From contig NC_068993.1 of the NCBI RefSeq assembly GCF_001194135.2, forward strand, positions 11,740,844-11,780,958: a DNA stretch of 40,115 nt, given 5' to 3'. This document shows, piece by piece, positions 13,895-28,282 of this stretch. The notes under the pieces are model-generated. The model was not told the DNA's origin, searched no databases, and worked only from the letters and a program-made list of their open reading frames with translations. Source of the stretch: Octopus bimaculoides. Lineage: Eukaryota. The position numbers and the translations under genes were made by a program. Numbering within the stretch: position 1 is the stretch's first letter; every line of letters starts with the position of its first letter.

Positions 13895-14040
13895 CTCTTG
13901 ACCACTGTGTGGAACTGGTACTTATATTATTGACCCCAAATGGATGAAAGTCAAAGTCGATGTAGGCAAAATTTGAACACAGAACATAAAGACGAACGCG
14001 ATGCGTTTAAGTACTTCGGCCGACGTGCTGACGATTCTTT
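13895..14040 (-). mobile_element. tRNA-derived SINE, copy 1 of tandem triplet
   Basis: GGTACTTAT..GACCCC..GATGAAAGTCAAAGTCGA..ATTTGAAC..AAAGACG..CGTGCTGACGATTCT matches copies 2 and 3. Confidence 0.85.
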
Positions 14041-14250
14041 TCTATTCTAGGCACAAGGCACGAAGTTTTGGGGAGAGAGCCAGTCGATTGGATTGACTCC
14101 AGTATGCAACTGGTATTTAATTTATCGAATTCGAAAGCGTGAAAGCCAAAGTCGACCTCGGCAGAATTTGAACTCGTAACGTAAAGACAGATGAAATACC
14201 GCTAAGCATTTCGCCCGACGTGCTAACGATTCTGCCGGCCCACGGCCACC
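14041..14250 (-). mobile_element. tRNA-derived SINE, copy 2 of triplet (near full length)
   Basis: Tail TTCTATTCTAGGCACAAGGC through head GCTAACGATTCTGCCGGCC; B-box-like GAGTTCAAATTC on the minus strand. Confidence 0.9.
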
Positions 14251-14266
14251 ATTGAGATCCTGATAT

Positions 14267-14487
14267 TACTTTCAAACTTTGGTATGAAGCCAGCAAATTC
14301 GGAGAACTGAGTACATCGCCTACATCGATCCCACGAGTGAACTTGTACTTATTTTATCGACTTCTAAATGATGAAAAGCAATGTTGACCTGGGCGGAATT
14401 TGAACTGAAAAGGTAAACACTAATGAAATGCTCCTAAGCATTTCGCTCGGCGTGTCAGCGATTCTGCCAACTCGCGGCCTTCGTTTC
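14267..14487 (-). mobile_element. tRNA-derived SINE, copy 3 of triplet, with 11-bp candidate TSD
   Basis: Same body with a variant tail (TTTCAAACTTTGG..AAGCCAGCAAATTCGG). It is flanked by the direct repeat GATCCTGATAT at 14256-14266 and 14488-14498. Confidence 0.88.
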
Positions 14488-14716
14488 GATCCTGATATAA
14501 ACAACAGTAACATGCCTCTTATCACTGCAATACTATGTATGACAGCGCTAATTTAACGTTATGAACGATGCAAAATATTTTTTGAATGTAAAAATACTAT
14601 AATAAAAAAACGTGAAATCCAGACCATGTTTCAACTAAATATTATTCTATCCACATTCACAAAACGTTGGAAAAAGATATATATATATTTATATATATAT
14701 ATATATATAATATATT

Positions 14717-14875
14717 CCAGAGTAAGCACATATATGTGAAACGAGGTGGAAAAAAGTAGTATTCGAATACCGGAGGTAGATTAATATGCTTTATTAATAA
14801 AGTTGCAAAGGCATCATAAAAACTGTTACTCTGAGTAACAAGTTTTCTGATGTTTTTGCAGCTTTATTAATAAAG
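14717..14875. repeat. Interspersed-repeat-like segment ending in a near-perfect foldback (arms 14789-14831 / 14833-14876)
   Basis: The left arm's reverse complement GAGTAACAGTTTTTATGATGCCTTTGCAACTTTATTAATAAAG matches the right arm GAGTAACAAGTTTTCTGATGTTTTTGCAGCTTTATTAATAAAG with few differences. Both sides abut TA-rich tracts. Confidence 0.8.
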
Positions 14876-15904
14876 TATACACACATATATATATATGTAT
14901 TTATGCATGTGTCCGTGTATATACATTCATACTGCAACATTTATATCTTCCTTACTCTTCGCTGATAACCGTCAGAATTTGGCGCTCGAAAATTTAGCTG
15001 ATATAAACGAAATAAGTGTTCTATGTTCTTCAGCATAAAAACTATTTTCTTGAAAAACTTAAACTAATATCATTCATACGATAAAATAAGAAAATTCTAA
15101 ATCATAAATAACATTTATTGCTTTCGAATTTAACGCAAATTCGATATTTTCTCACAATGATGGAAAGAAAGCAGATTAAATAAATCAAAACTATAGGAAA
15201 ATCAGGAAAATGTCAACAGTTTATAACAAAAAATAAACTTCATTTAAATGTAATCGAAAAAAAAAAGAAAACATAATTTTTCATGGCATGTATACACTAT
15301 CAAATCTATAATGTCCACTTTCTTAGTGATTTGCATCGAAATTCAGTTAAAATTATTTTTCAGAACAAATTTCACTCTCTTTCCATTTTTGTTTTACGCT
15401 GAGTGAGCAAACATTTGCTTATTTCTGTTAACATTGTATGTAATCTGGAATGTAAAGCTTGAGTGTATTTTACTAGTTTTAGTTCATTAATAATGATTGC
15501 TGCCACTATCATTTCCGTTGTTCTTCATCAAAAATTTAAATGTACTGCCATTATTGTCTAAGATTTCCTTTCCTAAAAAAATATGTTACCATGGAGAAAT
15601 ATGACACATTAACATTTTAAAAGTACGCTTTCAGAACTGCATTGGACTCTGATAGTGGTGTAGGAATGAAAATGCTTATTGTTTCTCTTTCGAAGTATAT
15701 TTGTATGCGCTCTTCATTAATTTCATAAAAGGCAACGTCGATGATTTCTGAGATTTTCGTTCTATAATCCTAGAAGTGGAGACCTGAAAAATAGCATTGC
15801 TAATGAAACATTAGCATATGTAATTGCTATCATATAAGATTCACTTCATTTCCAAATGATTAACGTAACCGAGAACCGATGAATGACATAAATTCTGCTG
15901 AAGA

Positions 15905-16110
15905 TGTACGTGTGTCTGTGTTTGTTCTCACTGCACCGCTTGACAACCGGTGTTGTTGTGTTTATGTCCCCGTACGTTAGCAGTCGACAAAAAAGTACTA
16001 TAGAGTAAATACCAGGCTTTCAAAAAGTATTGTGGTCGCTACATAGGACTAGAAATTCCTCAAGGCGGTCCCTCAGTATGGCCGCAGTCTAATAAATAAA
16101 AGATAAATGA
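15905..16110 (+). mobile_element. SINE 3' half (CGCTTGACAACCG..TCAAGGCGGT..AGTATGGCCGCAGTC)
   Basis: Similar to 13110-13265 and to a recalled abundant octopus SINE; A-rich 3' end. Confidence 0.75.
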
Positions 16111-16449
16111 TAAAAACGAAACCTTTAAATTCTTTCATATTGAACTATATTCTACGAAGGAAACGGTTGACCATTCATTAAAAAAGGGGAATGAATTTAT
16201 ACGCATTTAATAAAGCAAGTTATAGGAGAAATATAATTCACTGCTGCCCAGTTTAAACGCTACAATTATCATAGTAACACATTGATGGCTTTCATTGATG
16301 GAGTAAAGGATGCTGATATAGGCAGTGTTCCTTTTGGGATCAAGAATATGGGGATAAAAAAAAAGCGCCCAGTCCAGAAACAAGAACATTGTTGAAAATT
16401 ATATGCGGCAAACGTCACACAATTGTTCGACATGTGTATATTCATTAGG

Positions 16450-17140
16450 AATTTTCCTGCCCTGATCTCTAATCATCTCCTCGGTTATTCTCAAATCATC
16501 CTGCTGATACTCTCCATTCTCCTCTTTGAGTGTCGTTAACCACTCTACTTCAGTGTTGTGTTGTTACTCCTAAGACTATATGTTTGACCAGAATCATTTG
16601 CTTTCTTCAGCATCCGGCACATCTTTTTCACCGTTTTCTTTCTCATCCAGTTCCTGATAGACTCGCTTCGGATTTTGCTCGAAAAGTTTGTTTAATCTAT
16701 ACCGCTCATTTCTCTGTTCATATCTCTTTGGTTTCTGCGCTTTAGCTTTCAACCTCTGTTTTAATTCCTCGACCACAACATTAATTCTATTTCTCTTCAC
16801 CCTATACTTCTTCTCTAGCTCAACATATTTCTCCCGCCGAACTTCATTTCTCTCTTCCCTGCTTGAATATAAATATGTTTTCTGGTCTCCTTAATAGACT
16901 GCCTTATTCCACTTTTCCACCATGGTTCCTTGAGGTTATGTTGACATTTACCTTTAGCTTTGGAACCTAACGTCCGGGCTATGAAGATCAAGATTGAATT
17001 TATCAGATTGTTGGTGTCTGTGATGCTATCACCAGTGATATCATTTATCTTCTTGACCTAGTCATTGAGTTTCTTTCTCTCTACATTTTTAAGCTCCGTA
17101 TGAAGACACCCCCTCCATCATTCCCCTTCACTCATTACTA
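16450..17140 (-). mobile_element. Decayed internal fragment (pre-RT region) of an RLE-type R4/Dong-like non-LTR retrotransposon
   Basis: Minus-strand translation: LKNVERKKLND*VKKINDI..ITDTNNLI..KEPWWKSGIRQSIKETRKHI, frameshift, then INVVVEELKQRLKAKAQKPKRYEQRNERYRLNKLFEQNPKRVYQELD..PDAEESK*FWSNI..HNTEVEWL..ITEEMIRDQGRKIPN. It stops where the RT-proximal WKAPGPD motif is expected. Confidence 0.85.
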
Positions 17141-17144
17141 CTAG

Positions 17145-17145
<1 letters not shown>

Positions 17146-17191
<46 letters not shown>

Positions 17192-17213
17192 GTTGTTGTT
17201 GTTGTTGTTATCG

Positions 17214-17256
<43 letters not shown>

Positions 17257-17275
17257 TATTATTATTATTATTATT
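17146..17275. repeat. Compound (TTA)n/(TTG)n/(CAT)n/(TTA)n microsatellite
   Basis: Directly visible; it abuts the 5' side of the minus-strand LINE fragment. Confidence 0.95.
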
Positions 17276-17863
17276 TTTATTTATCATCGTTTGTATCAAA
17301 GGAAATACAATTGTTATTGTTATTAGTGAGACAAATTAGAGATCTAATCGATTTGTTTTTCAATAAAACGTACGTTCCGGTTGCTGTAAAACTAGTTATA
17401 AATGCATCCTACTTCTTGAAATTATTAGAAGTCATGTCCTGGGATCAATCCAATCGACCATAATTATGCCAAAATGAAGAATTAATTAAAATCCTGTCGC
17501 AGTGATATCACTCTTTTTATACTTTAACTGTCGACAAAGAACTTACTACAGACGCGTGCCAAACGTTTGGGAATAAATCCGGTGTAATCATAAATTAGAA
17601 TTTCTCTTTAGAAACCGAAATGGTTGTAAGAATACTGTTATTGTTCATTCAGAGTTATCGTATATCAAGTTTTATTACAGTGGATGAAAATCTGATAGCA
17701 AATATTGTTATGTCTGAGATGACAAAGTTTCGTTATTCTGATAGAGTATTATAATACCAGGTCCAGTTACACAACTGTCGACAAGTTCTTCATGAGTGAC
17801 TGTATAGTTTTCTTCGTTTTCGGTAAGGGATAACGAAATTTTAGAATTTATATATGCTTTTGG

Positions 17864-17864
<1 letters not shown>

Positions 17865-17946
<82 letters not shown>
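17865..17946. repeat. (TTA)n microsatellite
   Basis: Directly visible. Confidence 0.98.
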
Positions 17947-17948
<2 letters not shown>

Positions 17949-18344
17949 CAGCGAAACACTTAAAGGAATTTGAAGGAAATGGAAATCTATAAAACATACT
18001 GCAAATTGTGTAGGATGATAGAGAGTAACTACATCGCTTATGATTACCATCGTAACAATATCTATTTCACATATCGCAAGCGAAATGTTCAGTGAAGATC
18101 ACATGAGGGAGATTGCAGATAATTACAAAATTTGGCATCCTGTCACAAATTGTAATAGCATTCATTATGTAAGATTAAAAGGCATCGTGTAGTCAACGGA
18201 CAACAAATAATAATTTTCTTACGAGTCTATTGTAGTTACTGGACGAAAAAATCTATGCTGCTATTTGAAGATTATTCAAACACTGCACTATAAAGAAACT
18301 AAGCCATCAGAAAATGTATATCCTTTATTTGGTAGAATTGTATT

Positions 18345-18480
18345 ATCATGGTCTAAGTTTAGTCGGTAATTTACGAAATGTACAGTTTGGAGGTCCAGTG
18401 TTCGATTCCGGTCCGTAGCATGATGGACATGTGCATTTTACTATTGCCCCATGTGAATCCAAACCGATACAAGTCGATAG
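18345..18480 (+). mobile_element. Degenerate tRNA-headed SINE remnant
   Basis: A-box-like TGGTCTAAGT and B box GTTCGATTCC (about 18399-18408), followed by non-tRNA sequence. Confidence 0.5.
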
Positions 18481-18649
18481 TTGCAAAACGTATGGAAACC
18501 AGCCAAATAGATGATAACTGTATAAGAGTATAGTCTTGTCAGACACATTCTATCAGTGATTGAAGTCAACTAACAGAGTAGACAAAGAATTAATGGAAAC
18601 AAAAAGGCGTTGGACAGGCGATGCATACCATGCGCGCAGATAAATATTT

Positions 18650-19412
18650 TCGCCAACCATAGTGTGGCTTACAATGCTTTGCTCACCCATGCGTTTTAAT
18701 TACACTGAATTAAGTTTTGTAACTGTTTTGCTAAAATACAATTAGATGCCTTAAACACGGTGGAATAAATAAATCAACTCGTAAATAAAGGAAATTCTCG
18801 AATCCATCACACATGCACACACACAAACGCACACACAAACGCACACACAAACAGAATCATATATGTATGTATGCATGTATGTATGTATGTAGCTACACGA
18901 GTCTACGCGCGTAGATACACTATGATCTATACACACGCAGACGAAGGTTGATTCATATGAAAAAAAGTGAACAAAATGAAATGCTTATAGACAATATTGC
19001 ATAGAATTTCAGAGGTGTTTAACCATAATAGGTATTTATACTCCGGTGAAATTAATTAGTCAACTCGTAAATAAACGAAACCCTCGAATCCATCCCTGTA
19101 CACATCTACACCCCCCACACACACACAAACACACTTACACGCACACACGCGCGCGCGCAAGTACACGCACACTCACCTATACACGCAAACACACGTACAC
19201 GCACACAGTCGCATATTTGTGTATATATTTATGTATGTTTGAAGATAAACCAAATTTTCATAAATTTCGAGCAACTCACCCAATGAGTATTCCTGTCAAA
19301 TTTGTTGAAAATTGGTTCAGCCGTTTTCCAGTAATTTTGCAAACACAGAAGACAAACAGACAAAGCGGAGGTGATTACAACACCCTGTCTTCACTTACGT
19401 GTGCAGGGTAGC
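18650..19412 (+). mobile_element. Helentron-associated (HINE/Pearl-like) non-autonomous element; 5' boundary uncertain
   Basis: Two roughly 50-bp direct repeats (about 18758 and 19043), each followed by CA-rich tracts. They are followed by the module CCTGTCAAATTTGTTGAAAATTGGTTCAGCCGTTTT..ACAGAAGACAAACAGAC..GGTGATTACAACACCC and a terminal stem ACCCTG (19382-87) / CAGGGT (19404-09). Confidence 0.6.
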
Positions 19413-19436
19413 AACGAAAAATATTGAAGCCATACT

Positions 19437-19768
19437 GCTGAGAGACCCCTTTAGGGTCTTGACTGACCGTGGGATTGCAACTAGAAAGTTACCCTCCCAG
19501 GCACAAGTCCGGGCAATGTTGTTTATGGAAGACCAGGAGTCGCCCATACATACCAGCCTCTCCACTCCACGCCATTGATTTTACCCAAGGGAAAGGCAAA
19601 GTCCGATACAGCTTGGCATCAGTGACGTCATAACTAATTTCTACAGCTGACTGAACTGGAGCAACGTGAAATAAAGTGTCATGCTCAAGAACACAACATG
19701 CAGCCTAGTCCTGGATTCGAACTCACAACTTCACGATCGTAAGCTCGGCGCACTAACCACTGAGCCAT
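19437..19768 (-). mobile_element. tRNA/CORE-like SINE, full length
   Basis: A box TGGCTCAGTGG (19757-19767) and B box GTTCGAATCC (19713-19722) on the minus strand. They are followed by the central domain GTGTTCTTGAGCATGACACTTTATTTCACGTTGCTCCAGTTC and a tail shared with 2308-2585. Confidence 0.92.
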
Positions 19769-20579
19769 AAATAACTAAATATTTGGTAACGGTAAAATTT
19801 GACCAGTAATTTGAAATATACGAACGCCATTCATTTTGACAAACAGGAAAGTAAAATCAACATATAAAACTCATACTAACGTAAGTCGCCTTCATCCTGT
19901 TCTTGAACAACGTTAAAATATATTAAGACATGTTACATTTCAAGGATAAGATTGCAGCTTACTCCATAAGATTCAGAAAAAGACAGCCGAGAATTATATG
20001 AAACACTTATGAGATATTTTATTGGGAAATTTAAGAATTCAACAAAAAAAATCATATCTGTTGGATGCATTTATTATAAAGATATCGAAATTTCTTAACG
20101 AAATCTGAAAACCTGTAACAATGGGGATAGATGTTGCCCTTTTTTGACATGCTACAGTAGCCCCCCGTGGCCATTATGTAACATCGTGTTTCTATCGTTT
20201 ATTTAATTTTTATGGAAAAAATGTCTAAGCATCTTACAACATCATTAGTAGTATATGTATAATAGATATTTTTCTTGTGTAGTAATTTGAGATTCGCTAA
20301 ATTATGTACATAGAATCATTAGAGTGAAAGACATTAAGAATAGAAAGATTGTTTATATTGTTTCAATCATCAGCTACAATATCAATTACAACACCTCCTG
20401 ATATCTTATTTCATTAATCTTTAATTAAAATGTATTAAAAATAATCAGCAACTGGTATTATATACGTGACAGAAATACGTTATCTTGTTTACAAAAACAA
20501 TCATACACAGATAAACATCTAGTCATATGCAAGAGGAAATATACACCTACACATTTAACTGTATTGAATAATTATGCAT

Positions 20580-21116
20580 ACATACAGACACACACACACA
20601 TACACACTCACTCACACATACATACATACATATATATATATATATGTATATGTATGTATGTGTATATATATATATATATATATATANNNNNNNNNNNNNN
20701 NNNNNNNNNNNNNNNNNNNNNNNNNNNNNNNNNNNNNNNNNNNNNNNNNNNNNNNNNNNNNNNNNNNNNNNNNNNNNNNNNNNNNNNNNNNNNNNNNNNN
20801 NNNNNNNNNNNNNNNNNNNNNNNNNNNNNNNNNNNNNNNNNNNNNNNNNNNNNNNNNNNNNNNNNNNNNNNNNNNNNNNNNNNNNNNNNNNNNNNNNNNN
20901 NNNNNNNNNNNNNNNNNNNNNNNNNNNNNNNNNNNNNNNNNNNNNNNNNNNNNNNNNNNNNNNNNNNNNNNNNNNNNNNNNNNNNNNNNNNNNNNNNNNN
21001 NNNNNNNNNNNNNNNNNNNNNNNNNNNNNNNNNNNNNNNNNNNNNNNNNNNNNNNNNNNNNNNNNNNNNNNNNNNNNNNNNNNNNNNNNNNNNNNNNNNN
21101 NNNNNNNNNNNNNNNN
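20580..21116. repeat. CA/TA/TATG microsatellite running into gap 20687-21116
   Basis: Directly visible. Confidence 0.9.
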
Positions 21117-21229
21117 AATCTTTAGAACTACTGAAATATTCAGAAAGAACAATGTAAGAATAATACAAGATGTATAAAACAAACAGAAGTAATTCTACTA
21201 AATAAGAGAAAAAGGAAACAAAAATATCA

Positions 21230-23430
<2,201 letters not shown>

Positions 23431-23773
23431 GACGTTCTTCCATTTGTTTAGTTTTCTCTTTGTCATTTTGAAATAAATGATATTAAAAAGAAAATTACTC
23501 TCTTTTATACTCATGCTTAGTATTTAATTCTTGTCTGGCATTGTGTCAAAATTGGAAAACAAGATTTTATGTACTTTTCTATATCTCTGTTGTGTTTTCT
23601 CCTTATATCTACAAATGTGCGTGTATGTAAAATGAATATGCATACATTTTAAACTATAATTTTATGTCTGAGAACTAGAAGAATTTAACAATTTCAAAAT
23701 CAAATTTTAGCATATTAATTTTATTATAACATAAGAGAATTTAATACTTTCCCAATTATCTTCTTTTTTTTTT

Positions 23774-24140
23774 TTGACGTTTGGTCAACGTCAAGCAGAT
23801 AACTGGAAATGCAATATCGTCTCAACTAATGTTGAAGTTATGTTAAACTGCAACGTCTAAATCATATATTATAATTCGTTTTCCAAACACATACACACAC
23901 GTTGCATTCTGAGGTTGAATCAACAGCCATATGTGGACTTTAAATAAACGCTTGAACATGGTTTATTTAATATTGAATGTCAGCTAGCATTACTACAATG
24001 ATTAAACATTGAATCACCGTTAACTCGCAACGTTGAATAAACACCGGATTATGACATATTTCGAAAATAAAGATGGACGTTCAATTCTGATATTAAATCA
24101 ACATGTGATGTTGATCTTAAATCAATATTGAAACATGTTT
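23774..24140. repeat. Decayed array of short palindromic ACGTTGAATCAAC-like motifs
   Basis: Inverted repeats TTGACGTT-tggtc-AACGTCAA (23774-94) and GTTGAATCAAC (23914-24), plus variants CATTGAATCACCGTT, CAACGTTGAATAAAC and TATTAAATCAACATG. Confidence 0.5.
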
Positions 24141-25974
24141 CATTTTATATGAAAACTGTTTGTATGATACGTTTTAAGCATTTTTCTAGCTTTAATATTT
24201 AATTATTAATGTGAAACCAAACATAGTTACAGTTCAAGATCTCCAGTTTCATAAACATTGAAACATCCGTAATTACCTCAGAAATACAGGCAGCTTTTCA
24301 GAGACACATTTTCTCACAGATTCAATATCGCCTTTATATGATGGTATTTCAAAACAACGTGTGACGAACAAGTAAACAAAACGGTGTTCAAAAATCCACT
24401 TTACGTATCGGATATTTGGTTTATGAACTTATTGATCTCATCGAAACTTACATGAATACCTCATTACTTAATATGAAAATAAACAAGACAATACCAATCA
24501 TTACCACAATCTCTTTAAGATCTTATACATAGCCTAGCAATAGTTTTGTAGAAGTAAATTTTATTACCGCTTTTAGTTTGATTATTTTATATATAACAAC
24601 CATGAATTTCCTAAGCAAATAATATACTACGGATAATTTGCATAAAAGTTGAAATATAGTTTATTTAATTATATACGAGCACTTTTGATGGTCAATAAAA
24701 TTCAGATGCAGAAGTTTGTACCTCGCTTCTTCAACTTATTTCTGTTTCACCATTCTTGAGTACTTTAACTAAGCATGTTAACGCAACCTTTAAGCAATGC
24801 ATGTGAATAACTGAAATGTTGTATAAAGAGTCGTCAATCCTTCAATTTAAAAATTCATTTAAAAAATCATTTGGTTATTTCAACCATTTTAAATTCATTC
24901 GAAACTCTCTCCCGTAGGAGTAATATTTTATTTTATGGAACTTAATCAAAAGATATAATATTAATATTTCTAGCTCAATTATATCATACTGTTTCGGTAT
25001 TTGAACGTGAAACCATGTTTATGGTAAATGCAGCTTGTGATTTTAGCCGTCATTTTGATAGACTGTACTTGTCAGTTACGTCTATCACTTCAGACTAACT
25101 GTTTATTAAATAATGAAATATGATATAAACACACTAAGTTATATTTTATAAACTAAATGCTAAAGATAAATTTAATGCACTCAAAATAATACATAATATT
25201 TAATAATTATGTATGAGAAAATGTTATTTAACATATAATATTCGCTGACTTGTGTTGATATTTTCTGAAGTAAAATAATTAACTTGCAGCGTATGATCTT
25301 CAAAGGCATTGTAAAGTATATATTTAAGTAAATTATGTGTATATCCATAACATATTATTATCTTCTGAATACATAATGTACGTTCAGCATTGATTTATTG
25401 ACAAGTAGTTAACTAATGCATATTTATTGACAATATTACCAGACATACGCAAATTTGAATTAACTAAATCATTCATTAAATTTTGAGGGTGGGATACTCG
25501 TCATGCCATTATGTAGTACATATTATATATGGCATTATTTAAATCTGCTTGAAAGCACGTAGCGATGGTTTTGTTAGTTAGGAACAAAGAGTTAATACGA
25601 AATGCGGATTAGAATAATGCATCAATACAACACTATAAATAAGAAATTATTCAAGAATACGAATATGTTAGATGAAGAAGTAGAGACAAGAGAATTACTA
25701 CAAGCACAAACGCACAAATTCTTTGTTATTAACAAACTATACAGTACACCGCATTTAAACGAGAGAAAAGTTTCTGACTGAATATTTCAGACGCATTAAA
25801 TTAAATATTTTATCACGTTTAATTGCAAACACATGCATAATTGGCATAAATACTCAATATGTTCCAGTAATATTTAATAGCTCTGCAATTGTAAAATGGA
25901 TGCGCAATAAGCTAGCAATGAAATACTATAAGCGTTTTGTTTGAGCCTGTAGATATTAAGCCAAATCATTAATC

Positions 25975-26085
25975 AGTGACGATGATTATAATTAAGACGA
26001 AGATGATGATAATGACGATGATGATGAGCAGGGGGAGGAAGAAGAGAAGGAGGAGAAGAAGGAGAAGGAGGAGGGGGAGGAGTGG
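25975..26085. repeat. (GAT)-like and GA-rich (GAG/GAA) low-complexity tract
   Basis: Directly visible. Confidence 0.85.
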
Positions 26086-26234
26086 TTGACGATCATACTA
26101 GGGAGCTCTAAGTTAGATAGAATAAATCAATTTTGATTGGAGATATTGAACTTAGTTCTTCGTATGTAGTTTATTTTATCAACTCGGAATCGATAATAAA
26201 AATAATTTCCACTCTAGGCAAAAGTTAGACATTT

Positions 26235-26345
26235 GTTGGGTGGACGACTAGTCAATTACACTGACCCTATTGCTTATTTCATCGACTCAGAACGCAAAGT
26301 CGAAAGAGATGCCGTTAAGCATTTTTCCAAGGGCAGTAAGGATTC
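26235..26345 (-). mobile_element. Deleted, diverged copy of the GGCGGCGAG-head SINE
   Basis: GTCAATTACACTGACCC..CTTATTTCATCGAC..CAAAGTCGA..ATGCCGTTAAGCATTTT..GATTCT. Confidence 0.55.
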
Positions 26346-26379
26346 TCTTATCTTGCAACTTGCTGATAATAAAAATGAA

Positions 26380-26416
26380 ATAATAATAATATTGATGATG
26401 ATAATAATGATACTAT

Positions 26417-26448
<32 letters not shown>

Positions 26449-26522
26449 TAACTTTTGTTGTTGTTGTTGATGATGATGACGATGATGATTATGATGATGA
26501 TGATGATGACGATGATGATATT
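26380..26522. repeat. Compound (TAA)/(TAC)n/(TTG)/(GAT)n microsatellite
   Basis: Directly visible. Confidence 0.9.
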
Positions 26523-27882
26523 ATAGAGTTAAGCCCAAACAGATTTTATGTTACGTTCAGCATAGATGACCCTACTTTTAATTTGAATATATAGTCTACA
26601 TCCTATATTTTGTGTGTCATAAAAAGGTACTGATTGAAAACTTATTAGTAATTCAGTCCACAGTATTTGCAACAGTTATTTTCTATATCGATATCATGGC
26701 CAGCGGAACAATCAAAAATTTTCAGAAAGCGTTCTCATCACTCTTCATGAAATTTCTACTGGTATTTCCACCAAACTTAATAAATGCTCTGCGCAGAAAT
26801 ATTTAGCGTGCGTCTGAGATGTAATTACACTCCAATATTATCTCTAATAAACGTGGGGTCAGAATACGTCTAAGAGACTGAAGATTTGAAATAGTTAATT
26901 TATTCTAGAATTATAAATATCCGTAAATATTTTCAAGTTCTTTTCTTTACTCCTGCTGAATACGCTGCAGAACCGTTCCTTTAATCTGATTTTGATACAT
27001 TTCGATACAGTCATATTTAGCATTTAAAACATTCCTATTGATAACTTCAGCCATTTATCTCAAGCAGTTTTTGTGGGGTTCAGCTTCGATTCCGTTCTTT
27101 TGGTTTTCGTGTGCGCTTATGACCGGCCGCATAATTTCAATGGTGTTTGTTGTAGATGATTTTGTAGCTGCTGTCCCTGTTGTAAACGTTATGCTTTAAC
27201 TGTTGTAACAGTCGTAAAGTCAAAGTAATACTGATTGGTATAAGTAACAAGAAGAAAACTGATTATACCGAACAAGCCAAGGTAAACCTAATTATGTGTA
27301 TAAGAAAAAGAAAGGAACATAATATGTAATTTATAAGAAAAAAATAAATTAACCGAAATAAGACGAAGATAATTACACATAGAAAAATGTTTTATGACAA
27401 GACAGCACAACTAGATGAGAAGGAATGCAATGAAAAAAAAATCAAAGTTGAACTACAAAGAGAAATAACACTAACTGCAGAGAAGACACTCGGGATGATA
27501 CATAATCTATGTCACTGGATACAGAGAAACAACGCTGGAATTCAAAATTGTAGTAACACTCAAGCTCAAGTAAAATACACAATCTGATGTTAGTCGTATA
27601 AGCTCATTCTATACATAATAATACCTTAAAATATACCATAATAATAAATGTTCATTCCAGTAATATGACTGAGATAGAAGCTTGCACATTTTAGCGGCTT
27701 ATTTTTAAAAATATAATATAACTACTCTTATGAGTAGTACATAAGTACTTCCTATTTATTTCGATATTATGAATTTCTCTTCATATTCTTCAATATATAT
27801 AGTATAATAATTTTTTGTATCCCGTATTTTGGATATTTATAATTATTTCCACAATGCCACATCCAAATAATCAACTTTTAAT

Positions 27883-28010
27883 AGATAGATAAATAGATAG
27901 ATAGATAGATAGATAGATGGTTGGATAAGTAAATAGATAGGTAGACATAGATATATAGGCAGACAGACACAAAAATTGACAGACATACAGATAGATAGAC
28001 AGATAAATAG
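27883..28010. repeat. Decayed (GATA)n/(GACA)n tetranucleotide repeat
   Basis: Directly visible. Confidence 0.85.
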
Positions 28011-28282
28011 AAGGCTAGGTTGACGGAGTGAGAAACAGATACGTAGAAGGAATGCTGGCGGTGGAATTAATGCATATCAATTCTCCAGGTGTAATGTGAC
28101 AATTTATCTCAAAGTACGTCTCTGTTTGCTATGCTTTAACGTTCTTCTAGCCATGGCATGCACTGAAATAGTGAACATTTGAACATTCGCTTTTGTCTAT
28201 GATGTTGACGAAAACTGGTACAATATTCAGTGTACAAAAACAAAAGCATTATCATGTCGAAAATCGTATGCAATATGATTTT

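Noticed and set aside
19700-19768. tRNA gene candidates (also 520-597 and 18345-18410)
   Set aside because: A and B boxes are present, but there is no complementary 3' acceptor strand and the sequence continues into a multi-copy SINE body.
27387-27587. 66-aa ORF with AEKTLG, vaguely like a LINE linker
   Set aside because: Too little similarity to call.
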